64,000 nt of DNA, taken from Malacoraja senta (taxonomy: Eukaryota). The DNA lies in the NCBI GenBank assembly GCA_038087875.1, contig CM075985.1, positions 24,056,001 through 24,120,000 on the forward strand. Direction: 5' to 3'. The translations under genes and the position numbers were made by a program. Under the pieces are notes generated by a model. That model did no database searches, had not been told where the DNA came from, and saw only the letters and a list, made by a program, of their open reading frames with translations. Below, piece after piece: positions 35,240-48,207 of the stretch. Numbering within the stretch: position 1 is the first letter of the stretch; each line of letters opens with the position of its first letter.

Positions 35240-36216
35240 TACCCCACCCGTGCGTACTGCAGCAGAGAATAAACTGGGAGATCAGTTGTGCATGCTGCCC
35301 TGAACTTGACTATCATTGAGACCCGGGGTATTTTGGAGGATGCCAAGCAAAAGAGCTAAATATAATTTATACCTAGAGCCTCAACCTAATGATAGTGATC
35401 ACTGGCATGTCAAATGCAGTTCTGTCATGTTGGCTGTTGACTTACATTTAAAAGATTTTGGATTAATCTTTTTCATCATTTCTTGTGCAACCACAAGGTA
35501 TGATCTCAGATCAGCACACTCCATCTTGTTTGCCATTAGTTTCGATAAAGCAGCTGCTTCAATTTGTCCGAGTCATGTTGGTTGATGCCTAAATCTGATA
35601 TCAGAAGCCTTTCCTCCAGCTCATCAATTAATGATTGTATCTATTTTTATGTTACAATTTTAGTATTGATGATCGCTGACAATTAAGAGTTTGAAGGTAG
35701 CCTTGTAATACGATACCTTGCAGGAATAATTTGGGGGGGGGAAAGTTACCAAATGGAAATGTATTGCTGAGTATCTCCATCATCATGTGAATAGTTTTGT
35801 GTTAGACAATTAATCCTTATATGATTGTTTAATGCTTGCTGCGCCTGTCTAGCCGTTCTTCATCCTTCTCATTAAATGTCTACTATATTGAAATTTGAAG
35901 AACTAGTTAATTATCATCTGTTCACTGAAAACCATGTAATCAGAAAATGTTAAGCCATACATACATTGCCAAATGCGTAAAATATAATCAATAACATAGT
36001 GAAGCACAAAATACAAAGTAAACAGGCAATGAATGAGTAACTTCTAACAAAAGTTAGATTTGTAGAATTCAATAAATGAACTGCTTTCTTCAACCAAATC
36101 TAAAAAGACCAGAAAGCCATCAACATGTTCCAACTGATTAGCTTTGTATAATGAAGTATTTTTGTGTTCAGTTCTGCAGATGTCTAACTTCAATGCTTTT
36201 TTTGTACTCTCTGCAG

Positions 36217-36354
36217 AATATCATCACAGAGCATGAAATTAGGAATATTTCTTGTGCTGCTCAGGACCCTGAAGATCTTTCCACCTTTGCCTACATCACT
36301 AAAGACTTAAAGTCAACTCACCACTATTGTCATGTATTCAGCGCTTTTGATGTG
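36217..36354 (+). CDS. ANKS1B: ANKS1B coding exon (PTB)
   Basis: ctctgcag|AAT...GATGTG|gtcagt. 138 nt. [46 protein letters not shown]. Confidence 0.97.
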
Positions 36355-38296
36355 GTCAGTCTCTCACTATCTTTCATCATTGTGTTTTGATGTTTATAGA
36401 GGTTCTGATACATGCTTTTTACTTTTGCCTCACATGGGCCACACTTCATTAGTAAACAGCCAATTTCATGAGTTGGGCTGCTCTCACAAGCTGTAGTTAT
36501 TGTTTCAGTGGATTTCTACATAATTTGAATTCCTCGAGCCATTGCAAAGATTTGAGAGTTGTTCAAGATTAGAAACAGTGCACATTCTCAGTCCACAATG
36601 TAAAACCTTGTTATTGACCACATGAATTGCCTTAGATTTGCAGGAAAATGAGAAAGCTTTTGCTTTAATGTGGCTCATAGAAATACATAGAATATTACAC
36701 ATTCTTCAACTAATGATCATTGCAATCGCATTATTCATATTCTATATTTACATTAAATCATGATGTACTTCTGCCATAAAATGATTTAAAGAATTAACAT
36801 TTTCAAATTATATGTGATTTTTCTGCATTGAATGAAATGTTGCCAATTATTCATAACTGGCAAAAAAAAGAGATTTTGATTTGGATGCATTCCTTTCATT
36901 GATATTGTGGAATATAGATAATTCCAAACAACACATATTTTGCTTTGGGAATACACTTGTTAATCTTCTCGGTAACGGATCATATTCTATCTCAAACATT
37001 TTCCCATAATATTTTTCATATTCGTCGCAATGTTACATTTCAGAGATGAACCAAGTGTTTATCTTCCTGGCGTTGAAGCTTATTGTGTGGCACAGTTGGC
37101 AGTCACATTATGTAAAAAACGCATTCTAGACATGAATCTTGAAACTCTGCTGAGTGAGGCAGTTACTGTACACATGCACAGCAGTTATGGATGGAAAATA
37201 AAGTGCTTTCTCTCTGTTAGCCACTAAATTCCCTTGTACAATTTTTACCTTTGATAAAATATGACTTAACCTGTTAGAATGTTAGTACTTTATCAAATAT
37301 TGATAAATTGTATATAAATATATATTTGGTAATTTAATTTTTTTTAAATAGCCATGTTGAGATTCTCAAATGATCTGAGGTTTAATTGCAATCTTAGTTT
37401 AGAGAAATTGATTGTAATTTAGGAGAAGCTGATGCAGTGCTTGCTCTGAACTTAAAGCAAGAATTGCTTTCTATTATGGATTCAGATTTTACATGCATTT
37501 TTGTTCATCCTACTCGTACCCACATTTATTCTTGCTCTTGTCATTTTATAAAAAGGTAAGAATTACATTATATTGAAGATTATTTTGTGAACCCTAAATA
37601 GTTTTCACCCTTTAAAAAATAAAAAAATGGTAAGAGTTGGAACAAATGTGGGTACTGGAGGAAGTTAAAGCATAAATGAATGTAAAATGAATGTCACTGC
37701 TGCAGAAGCCACCTGATAGAATCAAAAATAAAGCTGCAGTGGAAAATATTGTTTCCATGGAGATGCACAGTGTTGCAGTTGAATTTGTTGGGAGTAAGCA
37801 CATTAAGATATTAGAAATCTCAATCTCACAAACTGGTGATAACATGCAATCTTTGAATCATAATTATGCTATGTAGCCTCAAACAATATGCAATTAGGTC
37901 ATATGAATAATCTGTCAAAATCATTTCTGGATTATTTATTTTAGATATTAATGCCTTCTGATGTCAAATCAAGACCTTATTAGTTGATGGAAAACAACAT
38001 CAACAAGAAATATAATTTCAGGTTTAAGCTACTAGAATATGTGCTCAATGCAATATTTGGCTATAATTATGAAACATTGCAATTTTAATCTAATATACTG
38101 CTACTTTAAATAAGCAATGTGATAGAACAAGGCATTCAACATTCTTAATTTGATAAAAATGAATTGGAATACCACAGTGCTTGCAACTGGTATTACTGAA
38201 TTATTGATGTGGATGGTGCATATAATTCCTTTATTGTTATTATTCCTAACTTTTTTCAGATTGATCATAGAAATCCAACATCTTTTCTTTCACCAG

Positions 38297-38467
38297 AATT
38301 TAGCCTATGAGATCATTTTAACACTGGGACAAGCCTTTGAAGTGGCTTATCAGTTGGCCCTGCAAGCCAGGAAAGGTGGCCATGGCCCGCCAACAATGCA
38401 AGATAGCCTTGAAAGCAAAGCTGGCAAACCCATTCCAAAACCACGAGCAAGTATCCGGAAATCTGTG
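38297..38467 (+). CDS. ANKS1B: ANKS1B coding exon (end of PTB plus basic tail)
   Basis: ttcaccag|AAT...TCTGTG|gtaaga. 171 nt. [57 protein letters not shown]. Confidence 0.97.
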
Positions 38468-41209
38468 GTAAGAGCCTAGTAAGCAGATAGATCCTTAGCA
38501 ACAGGATGGAGCCTCTTCTGCTTGTTATTAGCACCAAGAAAGACAGCACCGTGGGCTCTTATTTGTGACGAGGTGTCTCCAGACATCAAGCAAATGCAAA
38601 ATTGTTTAACATGCAGTAAACAGTCAGAAGACGATCCAGTTAACAATGACCTTTCAATGGTAATTGTACAAATGAATTCCTACCTGAAATATGTGATTTT
38701 ACGTGCTGCTGGGAGCAGTTACAGGCAGTAAATCGAGATTGAGATTTCTCCATTGGGACCAGAGCAAGCCCAAGCTTGCCTTTGTCACAAGGAGTTGTAA
38801 TCAGTCCAAGAAATTTATTTGTTGGCTCCGTGTTAATCATTAATCATATGGGCTTTCTAACCTCTGCTATATATCAGAGAGTAAGCAGAGAAAGTGGCAA
38901 ATGTATTTATAATCTAGTCTTCTGAGCACTAATTATTTGAATAAGAATTAATGGGAAATATTTTATCTTTTTACCAACTCATTTTTACCCAGTCTCATTT
39001 TTGGAAGGTGATTAGGCAATAAACTCCATACCTCCTGGTGCCCAGTTGTAAGCAGCCTGGCAGCAAGCTGGTGGCTCATCCTCCTAGCCCAGGCTTTGTA
39101 AGTAGGGTAGATTTAAATGTGGCTAAATGTAACACTCACACCAGATAGCTAGTGCAGATTGTTTTTAATAACATACAACATGGAAAAAAATACACCAGCT
39201 CAAACACATTTCTGCTTGAATACAGTCTATCAGCTCTTAAACTATTGAATACATTTACTTTTTCAAGATAATGTTGCTTGAAATTAATGTCAAAATTTAA
39301 TCACAGATTTAATAACTGACTAGAAAAAATACCTCTGATCGAATATGATAATGGTATCACCCATCCTCACAAATTTGATTCACACATATCCTTAGTTTTA
39401 TCCTGAAATCTGCAGGAATTCTTCAATGACAAGAATGTTGAGGTTGACCAAATAATGCTTAAAATGCACATTGTTTTGAACAGGTTATGACTTGCTGTTA
39501 CCGTGTGTCAGAGATAACAAGAGCTACCACATGAATAGGATGTGAAGGCAATAATTCATGTTTTTGTTTTATTTTGTTACTTCAGGTTTCTTATTTTCTT
39601 CAATTTTGAAGCATTAAGCTAAAAGATGCTTGTATTTTCCAATTAAAGTAAGAAAAATAATAAATGATTTGCATGCTGTTCAAGTTTTCCCCTTCACATG
39701 AGCATCAAACCAACCCTCCACCCTCATCCCTCTCCTTGGGTGCGACTTGTTCATTGTAGTCAGATTCTCAGCTCGGATTCGAATGGATGATAATAGTTTG
39801 GCCTATGAGAAGCACATCAAGTCCTTCCCTCATTACTTTTCTTCATCAAAAACATGCTGCTTATGACCAGCTGTTGATGAACTTAGTTTATAATATACAG
39901 CTTTGATTATACTGCAAACTCTGCGTCTACCTCACATTGGAGGGAGAACCAAAATACCGTTTGTATAAAAAATGGTTAACCAATTTGCCTCGTGGGTAAA
40001 AGAAAATCACCACTGTTAGAATAAATCACATTTAACATTCTTTCTGTAAAGTGTCAAATACAAATAAAATTTGAAAAAGCAACTATTAAAAGACTGAGAT
40101 TTGAAGAAGATTTTACATTTTCCGGCAAACATCTGCTTCAAATGTTTTTCTGATGGTCCTTAATTTGAAGAAGAATGATTTCAAGATTAGTTGAGTGGAT
40201 ACTGAATTGTTATTAAACTTGAATTCTGCCACTGTAGGCAATGGGAGCAACTCCGATTTCACCTACTGGAGCAAATTAGAACAACATTTTCCAATTTGTT
40301 AAACCAACAATTGTATTTACAACCTTGGTCATGTTTGCTCCATCTTCTTTTGTTGCTATCCCACTCTCTTTACACTCTATCACCTCTATACAGACAATAT
40401 CTTTTAATAGTCCACATTCAAAGGCATCCTTTCTGAGCACTTGCTCAGTCGGCATATCCAGGCAGTTCAGGATACAGATGATTAATGAGAGAATCATTCT
40501 TGGATTTTGCTTGCGAATTGCCTGTCCTGGCCTCATTCACAGACAGCACTGCTAGTTATTAATAGCATTCACACGCTGCAGGCAGAACACTACTGCTTCC
40601 CCATAAATTCTCAGTATGACAGTTTGGCCTCACCCTGTTGAAAATAACAGTATATTTTATTAGCACTGATATAGACCATCGGTAAACCATCCCGCAAGAG
40701 AGTAACTGGTGTTAAAGGTAGCTAAAAATGTCCTAAATGGGCTGATCAAAAAATCACATAATATCATTAACATCACTCGCTGCTCTCACTAAGACTTCTC
40801 ATTCAACTATTAACTAGGAGCCAGTCTAAAAGTTTTCATGCATTAGGCAAGCATGAAAAAAGTGAAGGATAATATATTTTGGCATGGATTCCAGGAGTAA
40901 CTGCACCAGTTCCTTTTGCATGGATCTTGTGAGGAGATGCATAGGTCCTATGGGCTTTTCAAAAGTAAAGGCTGCATAGTTCCAATGTGTAGAAACAAAC
41001 CTTGGCACCATTTGCATTCCCCAATGAGCACTAAAGCTGTTATGCCTGTTGTTTTTTTTTAATTGAATCAGCCATTCTGTTAGCTCATGATGGATTTTCA
41101 GTTTCTCGCATTCTGTAGAATTATGCACCTTGAGCTGAAGAATGGGATATGTTAGGAAAAGGAGTCAAGCCTGTTCTCTCCAAATCGGCTCCCAACAATC
41201 GGAATATCA

Positions 41210-41500
41210 GGGCAGCGCAGTGGCCCAGCGGTAGAGTTGCTGCCTTGCAGTGCCAAAGACCTGGGTTTGATCCTGACCATGGATGCTGTTTGCGCAGAGT
41301 TTGTATGTTCTCTGTGACTGCGTGGGGTATTTCCGGGTGATCTGGTTTTCTTCCACATGCCAAAGAAGGTTTGAGGTTAATTGGCTTCTGTAAATTGTCC
41401 CTAATGTGTCGGATACAACTAGCGTACAGGCAATTGATGGTCGGTGCAAACTCTGTGTCAAAGGATCTGGTTCCACGCTGTATCTCAAAACAAAACTAAA
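41210..41500 (+). mobile_element. Full-length tRNA-derived SINE (HE1/HER1-like)
   Basis: Pol III A-box (tggcccagcggtag) and B-box (gggtttgatcct), central body, and LINE-like tail ...ccacgctgtatctc plus A-rich end. Confidence 0.85.
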
Positions 41501-41978
41501 TCTCTTACAGTAGTCAAAGATATGACAGTTGCTGGGCTATCAAATTTGCTTGAGCTAAGTAGGACCTATCTATGAGAATTGGAAGAAGGGATGTCAAGGA
41601 ATTGGTTCTCTGTTTTTCCAAGACATGTGAGCTAAGAAAGAGAAAATATATTATCGGGGGCCAGGGTGGTTCTGCCAATGTATGACTTGCAGCTGGGTAA
41701 CAGTAACCAGGATGACTAAATCTAAAGTACACTTTCAGAATTGTGAGTAGCAGATAGTAGGCTTAATTATTGGCTTTTATCCTTGGTACAGCATGAAATA
41801 CTATTGGATTCCAGAGTACTGCGATACAGATTCAGTTCTCATTTGGGAGATAATGAAACCATGCATACTGGATGTAATTGATTTATAGAATACTTATTCT
41901 CTGAAAATATCTGAAGATTTACTTGGTAAGAAAATGTGTGAGAGGCCTAAATAGCTGGAAAACTTGGCAAGGCCAGGG

Positions 41979-42403
41979 TCTCATGACCCAACATTAAGAG
42001 CAGGGCTTTGTTTGCATTGAGATGCTTCCCCTCTTGCCCAGTAGAGAGCCAAATGGACATCATAACCAAGGATGACTATTGTCAGGAGGGTTTCCGACAA
42101 TTGGGGTGAGAGACCGGCACTCAAGAGGTGTAAGTGGAGAGTTGGATAGACAGCAAGGTGGGAGCAATGGGAATGGATCGATAACCCTAAATGCTGGAAA
42201 TCTGGGCTCAGAGAGGCTGGCAACCTGGGGATTCGGCAAAAGCATTCTTACTCACAAGGTGTGCCAAGGGAGCCACTTAGCTGTGTAACCTGTAGGTCTT
42301 TACCTCTGTGTAGTAAGTATAAATTATTTACGTTATCGATCATCCTGTCTTCAAGAAATACAACAGACACCTCGATATCGGTTGTAATTTCACTGGCATG
42401 ACA
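41979..42403 (+). mobile_element. Possible solo LTR
   Basis: ~425 bp bounded by tctcatga...catgaca (near TG..CA inverted ends). No matching TSD seen. Confidence 0.3.
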
Positions 42404-42519
42404 TACCCAAGTTTGGTTACACAACCCCAACCCTATCCTACCTCCCATTTATTACGAGTAGATTCATATCGAGGCTATTACCAGTATCCTTTTTTAACCA
42501 GTTTAAATCCCTCAACCAA

Positions 42520-42521
<2 letters not shown>

Positions 42522-42558
<37 letters not shown>
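42522..42558. repeat. (GT)n microsatellite
   Basis: Direct observation. Confidence 0.97.
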
Positions 42559-42562
<4 letters not shown>

Positions 42563-42624
42563 ATTCCGCAGGAACCAATGATCCTCCACTGCCCATCAGT
42601 TATCCATTTCTAAATAAATGTTTT

Positions 42625-42820
42625 TCAAGGCTCATTCACTGGATGTATTCGAGAGAGAGTTGGATATAGCTCTTGGGCTAACGAAATCAAAGGATATGAG
42701 GAGAAAGCAGGAACGGGATACTGATTCCGGATAATCAGCCATGATCATATTGAATGGTGGTGCTGGCTCAAAGGGCCGAATGGCCTCCTCCTGTACTTAT
42801 TTTCTATGTCTATGTTTTCT
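42625..42820 (+). mobile_element. CR1 LINE 3' tail
   Basis: gatcatattgaatggtggtgctggctcaaagggccgaatggcctcctcctg tail. Confidence 0.8.
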
Positions 42821-43419
42821 ATTATGAAAAAAAATGTAATTTAGCAGGCAATCTTTGGTGACAAAAACAAATGCAGAAAATCTAACTTCATCAAGATTCC
42901 CGTTTCCCCCTAACAATTATTACAGTCAGTTAATAGCATCAGTTGAGAACGTTTTTACTCTCTTTAAAATTGTACTAGCATAATATTATATCACTAAATA
43001 TATTTAACACGTAGAAACTATCCAATCCTGAGTATAGAAGTTCATAGTAAAGACAAAACAAAAAAAGCTGCAGATACTGGAAATCTGAAATAAAACAGAA
43101 AATGTCATAAACACTCAAAAGGTCAGGAGGCAACTGCAAAGAGAAACAATAGATTTATTGTCTTAGAAGCCCTTCATCTGAACATAATTTACAGCATTTT
43201 CAACGAGTTTTATTCAACAAGCATGGGAAAACTGAATAATATTCACTCAGTGAAACCATGAGAAGAAAATTGAATTGGTAATAGTACTGAGTGATTAGAT
43301 TAGTGCTAGAATGTCTACAAGGCTAGTTGAAAAGAATCTGTCATATTTCTACAGTAAGCTAATGGCTGTGTAAAATATATATTTAAGGTTGAGATCAATA
43401 TAATTAAAATATGTTCATG

Positions 43420-43990
43420 TCATAGGAGCAGAATTAAGCCATTCAGCTCACCGAGACTACTTCGCCATTCAATCATGGCTGATATATATTTTCCTATCAA
43501 CCCCATTCTCCTGCCCTCTCCCGGTAACTCTTGACACCCTTACTAATCAAGAATCTGGCAATATCTGTCTTGGAAATACCCAATGACTTGGACTCCACTG
43601 CCATCTGTGGCAATGAATTACAGATTCACCACCCTCTGACCAAAGAAATTCCTCCTTTCTAAAGGTACATCCTTTTATTCTGGGGCTATGCCTTGTGGTT
43701 TGAAACTCTCTCATTAGTGGAAACATCTTCTCCACATCCACTCTATCCAGGCCTTTCAATATTCGGTAAGTTTCAATGAAGTTCCCCCTCATCCTAAATT
43801 CCAGTGAGTACAGTCCCAGTGCCGTCAAACGCTCATCATACATTAACCCAATCATTCCTGGGAATATTCTCATAAACTTCCTCTGGACCCTCCCAACGTC
43901 AACACATCCTTCCTCAGATATGGTGCCCAAAACTGCTCACAATACTCCAAATGTGGTTTGACCAGTGCCTTACAAAGCTTCAGGATTCCT
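43420..43990 (-). mobile_element. CR1 LINE 3' fragment
   Basis: ORF 43547..43930 (RVQRKFMRIFPGM...LGLYSLEFRMRGNFIETYRILKGLDRVD) is the CR1 ORF2 C-terminus, followed by the tail. Confidence 0.9.
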
Positions 43991-44573
43991 TCCCTGTTGT
44001 AATATAAAATGTTGTCCTTTTATGTCACACAGGAATTTGGTATATTTGATTTTTCATGAAATTCTGATTACAAATTCAATTTCTGTGTCTTAAAATGAAT
44101 TGGTATCTTTCAAACCTAATTAATAACTGTTTACAAACTAAATCGGTAAAAGGTAGGAAATTCTGCTTCCTGTGATCCTACGTTTTATTGAATTTGCTAA
44201 ATGTTGTAACAATGTAACAGGGATAGCAAAATGTGCTCAGCCTCTAGGTCTTATTCAAGATAGCATAAATTGGTGCAGTCTTGGTTCAGAGGTTTGACTC
44301 GAAATAAGATAAGATTTGGTATGAAACTTTGAGATGAGAATATTAGTCAATGGTTGTTTCCATTCACCCCCTGCTTTTCCACCATTTGCAGATCAACACT
44401 GGGAGTGGGTCGTAATCAAGCATATGAAGATAATGATAAACACTAACTAGAAATGGATAGTTTTTTTTTAAATTGGAAAAGCACCAAAGTGTTTCCTTTG
44501 CTTTGAAATCCTTCTGCATTTGATAAATGATGCATGTGTACAGCTTTGTTGTAATTTGCACTTTTTTTTTCAG

Positions 44574-44693
44574 GTGAAACATCCAAATAACAGATGGTCC
44601 TTAGATCATATTTACACCCCTCACAGACCTCCCCATCCTCCTCCTCCTCCTCTTCCTTCCAAGTTTCATCATTCTCTGCCGCACAAGTTTCAG
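44574..44693 (+). CDS. ANKS1B: Candidate alternative ANKS1B exon (proline-rich, 40 aa)
   Basis: Strong acceptor ttgcacttttttttt cag|GTG and open phase-0 frame VKHPNNRWSLDHIYTPHRPPHPPPPPLPSKFHHSLPHKFQ. Weak donor CAG|gttttt; read-through stops at 44780. Confidence 0.55.
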
Positions 44694-46372
44694 GTTTTTT
44701 TCTTTGTGTGCTTTGCCTTGACGGCCCCTCCTGAGTTTTTCCTCGACTGGCACAGTTCGTTATTAACTGTTCAAGGCTAAAATTCTTCTTGGCTGATTCT
44801 TTATTATTACACTTTTTAAGTAGTGTTTTGTGATTTATTTCACATGAATCTAATTGAAAGGAAGCCAGATTCTGTATAAGGCTGTAATGGGCTCACATTG
44901 TGGAACAGCAGTCTGATCAATAATGTGGAGAACTATTTCTAAACCTGAACATTGCTCAATCTCTCCTTCCACTACACACCTCAATATTAATTTAAGCTTA
45001 AATTGGCTTTTGAGTGAGCGTGCTGTATTTCATTACAGAGCCTCAGTGTTCAATTATTTGTAAAATGATCATGATGAAATAATTACATGGATTAAATTAG
45101 AAAATTAAGCAGAGGCCCATATTTTTTTTAATGGAATTACAGCACTGCATGACATGTTTCTGCATTTTCATGAAAGCTTCCTTGAAATTCCTCTATTATA
45201 TAAATTCTAATGAGATACAAGCCTGAATTGAAAATGGATTTGAATTTGCAGGTGTTCTGATGTCCATTTAATTCCAATGGAAGCATTATTCTAACATTTT
45301 GAATGATACCACAACCTCAATATTCTGATTTTCAGAGGCCTTTATTAAGAAATGAAAAATAAAGATCTGGCTGTTGGGGCCATGTTGAATTTTAGCCTAG
45401 ACAGTTTTCATTGTACCACATTAACACCAGAAAACCTTGACTTCATTACAGACTGACCTTTTTTTGTGAAGAGTGCAGTGTGAAAGCATGTGAGACTTGT
45501 ATTTCTTTGCGTTATTTGGCATCTTAGTTACCTTCACACAGCCAATCTTTTTGCACTGCATATGATTCTTAAGGACCCATCTTTTGGTCCAAAACCTTTA
45601 ATATTAAAACCACTATTCAGTCATGTGAGAGCAATGACTTTGTGAAAAGGATTGTGATGTTTGATACACCAAAAAAGTATAGTGCTTCTGCAGGGAACAC
45701 AGATTCATTAATATTTGGATTCTAGTAGAATTTTGAGCTGTTAAATTGTTCAGAGCCAGATGGTAACACGCACTTCCATACTTCAAAATTGTACTAAACC
45801 ACGTGTAACTTTTCTAACCATTGGTTGCACTCTACTAATCTTTTTATTTTTATCTTTCGTAGTCTAAACCATTCAGTTATTAAATTACATTTTTGTCTTG
45901 GGCCTTACTAACACAGTAGTAGAAATTACTGCTTTGGGCATTTTACAAACATGTTTGCATTACAGCCACTTGAGAATTTGTTTCTAAATTGCCTTATCTG
46001 AGATTAATGAGTAAAATAGTTCCAGGCATGTGTGTATCCAGTGCTGTGGGTGTCAATCTTTTTCAATTTGCCAAATGCTATTCTATTGATTACCGGTATA
46101 TAAAAGTGATGGCTTGAGTATATTCTTCAAGTCACTGGGTAGCATTTGTTTTATTGTAAATAGGCTTGTTTTATAAACAGGTTATCTAGTACATCAAATA
46201 TCTATTTGATTCCTCATTCAGGGAATCTGTTTGATGCACAATTTTTGATTCCTGTATTTTGGTCACGCTAGCCTAAAAGATTTCCTTAAACTCCATGTTG
46301 CACCTTCCAGGTTTTCAGATTTTAAAAAAAGAAGAAAACAATGAAATTGTCAGCAAGATGATGGGTGTTTAA

Positions 46373-46403
46373 AGGGCCTGTCCCTTTAAATGGGACAGGC
46401 CCT
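46373..46403. mobile_element. 31-bp minimal Harbinger-type MITE remnant
   Basis: taa|agggcctgtccc-tttaaat-gggacaggccct|tta. TIR identical to the MITEs at 53582 and 57793. Confidence 0.8.
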
Positions 46404-47502
46404 TTAGTAATCTGTTAAGTAAATAATTGAATATATAATGGAACAGCAAATCCACTCTTGAGTTTTGCTCATTACTATAATTAATGTACTTTGATTCCAC
46501 GCAGACTTCACGGAAGGTGCTTCAATATGTTTTACTCAGGTTATAGATAAAATGCCTTAACATACAAGTTGCACAATAGTTTATTAGTGTTTTTTAATGA
46601 TGTATTGTTTACGCACAATAACAATGAATTGTGCTGTGGTGAGATTTCCCCTTTAACAGTTTTAATCGCACCGTCTCTAGGAGATGCAGAATGGTAATAA
46701 GCCGGATACCAACAACGAGTGGTCTTTTTTTACATGATTTCATCAAAGACCAGTTTCTATAAAACACTAGGTACGTGTCTTTTGCAGCTGGCCTATGCTG
46801 TAATCGTCTAAATAGTGTAATTTAAAATAAGCACAAAGCAATTCACGTTACTAAAATTCCAAGCATCATGCAGCAGTGGGTGTGGGGTGTGAGGTTGCGG
46901 GATTGAGTGTCCAGTTCTGTTTTTTTTATTTATTTGCCCTCCCTTAAAATGTATTTTCCTCATCATGTGAGTGAATGAACTATTCCCTGGTAATCTGATT
47001 CCGCCTTGTATTGAGGCAATAGGCAATGATATGTTAGGTTACCAGGGATCAAACCATACCCACGTTTACCTTTGTTGCCTACCCTACCTGTGTGGAAATT
47101 CCTGACGGATCAACTGAGATCAGGAAGCATCAATGTGGGAAGTTGCAATTCCAACCCTGCAACCTACCACACCAATACTGATGGTGTGCCTACTGCATAC
47201 TGTACTGCTCCTTGACCACTAGGTTTTACTATTAATGTTAATAATACATGTTAAAGGTACCTTCAAGGGGTTATTATTTGTCCTATGATCATTTCCAGAA
47301 TCAAACTCAAAAATAATAATTCATCTCCCTAATTAGTGTCAGCTCCCAACTGTGAAATTTACACATTACCTAAAAGCCATGGAGGCCCTTTCAGTAGCAT
47401 TCTTATTATTGGCAGTATTCAGTCCTGACCTAACAATGCATTTGATCTGTCACTTCAAATTTTTACAATGTGGTAAATCTATACAAGATGTTGTATAACT
47501 AG

Positions 47503-47600
47503 TCAGTCTGAAGAAGGGTCTCGACCCGAAATGTCAGCAATTCCTTCTCTCCAGAGATGCTGCCTGTCCCGCTGAGTTACTCCAGCATTTTGTGCCTACC
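47503..47600 (+). mobile_element. Penelope terminal arm with hammerhead-like core
   Basis: cagtctgaagaagggtctcgacccgaaatgtc...gagatgctgcctgtcccgctgagttactccagc. Confidence 0.8.
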
Positions 47601-47851
47601 TAGGCAGTATTATTCTTGCTTTAGCAATCATAACACTTCAGTATTAAATCCATCACTAATAACTGGTTCTTTACAAAAATTGCAAGGTTACTGTAAACGT
47701 TTTCATAGTGTACACAGTAAAATGAAGAATTTGGAATTTAATTGATGTGAAAGAGCAGCTCTTTACAAAAGCAAACTTTAATTGTCAACAATCTTTATTT
47801 TAATTTTTTAGTGGACAGAAAACTTAATTAATTTCAAATGACTGAATTTTG

Positions 47852-47857
<6 letters not shown>

Positions 47858-47893
<36 letters not shown>

Positions 47894-47905
47894 GTGTGTG
47901 TGTGC
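47858..47905. repeat. (GT)n microsatellite
   Basis: Direct observation. Confidence 0.95.
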
Positions 47906-48207
47906 AGGCTGTACTTGTTGGAATGTTTCCTCACCCTCCCGGCATCCAATATACTTCATGTTTAGTACGTACAGAAGCCAAGTTTAATATTCGTGTGACT
48001 GAGGAAGTCATGTGATTTGTTGTTAGTAAAATATAACTACTGGTTGTTTCTGTATAATTGAAATATAATGTTTCCTCACTTCCAGAATTTGGATATAATA
48101 GTTTGTGGAGACAGTAATAATTCTATTAGATTTATTAAATTTTTTGTCATATTTTCATAAATAAAGGAAATTCCAAATTAATGTAGCACTTTTTCCTTTG
48201 CCGGCAG

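Noticed and set aside
41210-41280. tRNA gene
   Set aside because: The A/B boxes belong to a SINE head; there is no cloverleaf and it continues into the SINE body and tail.
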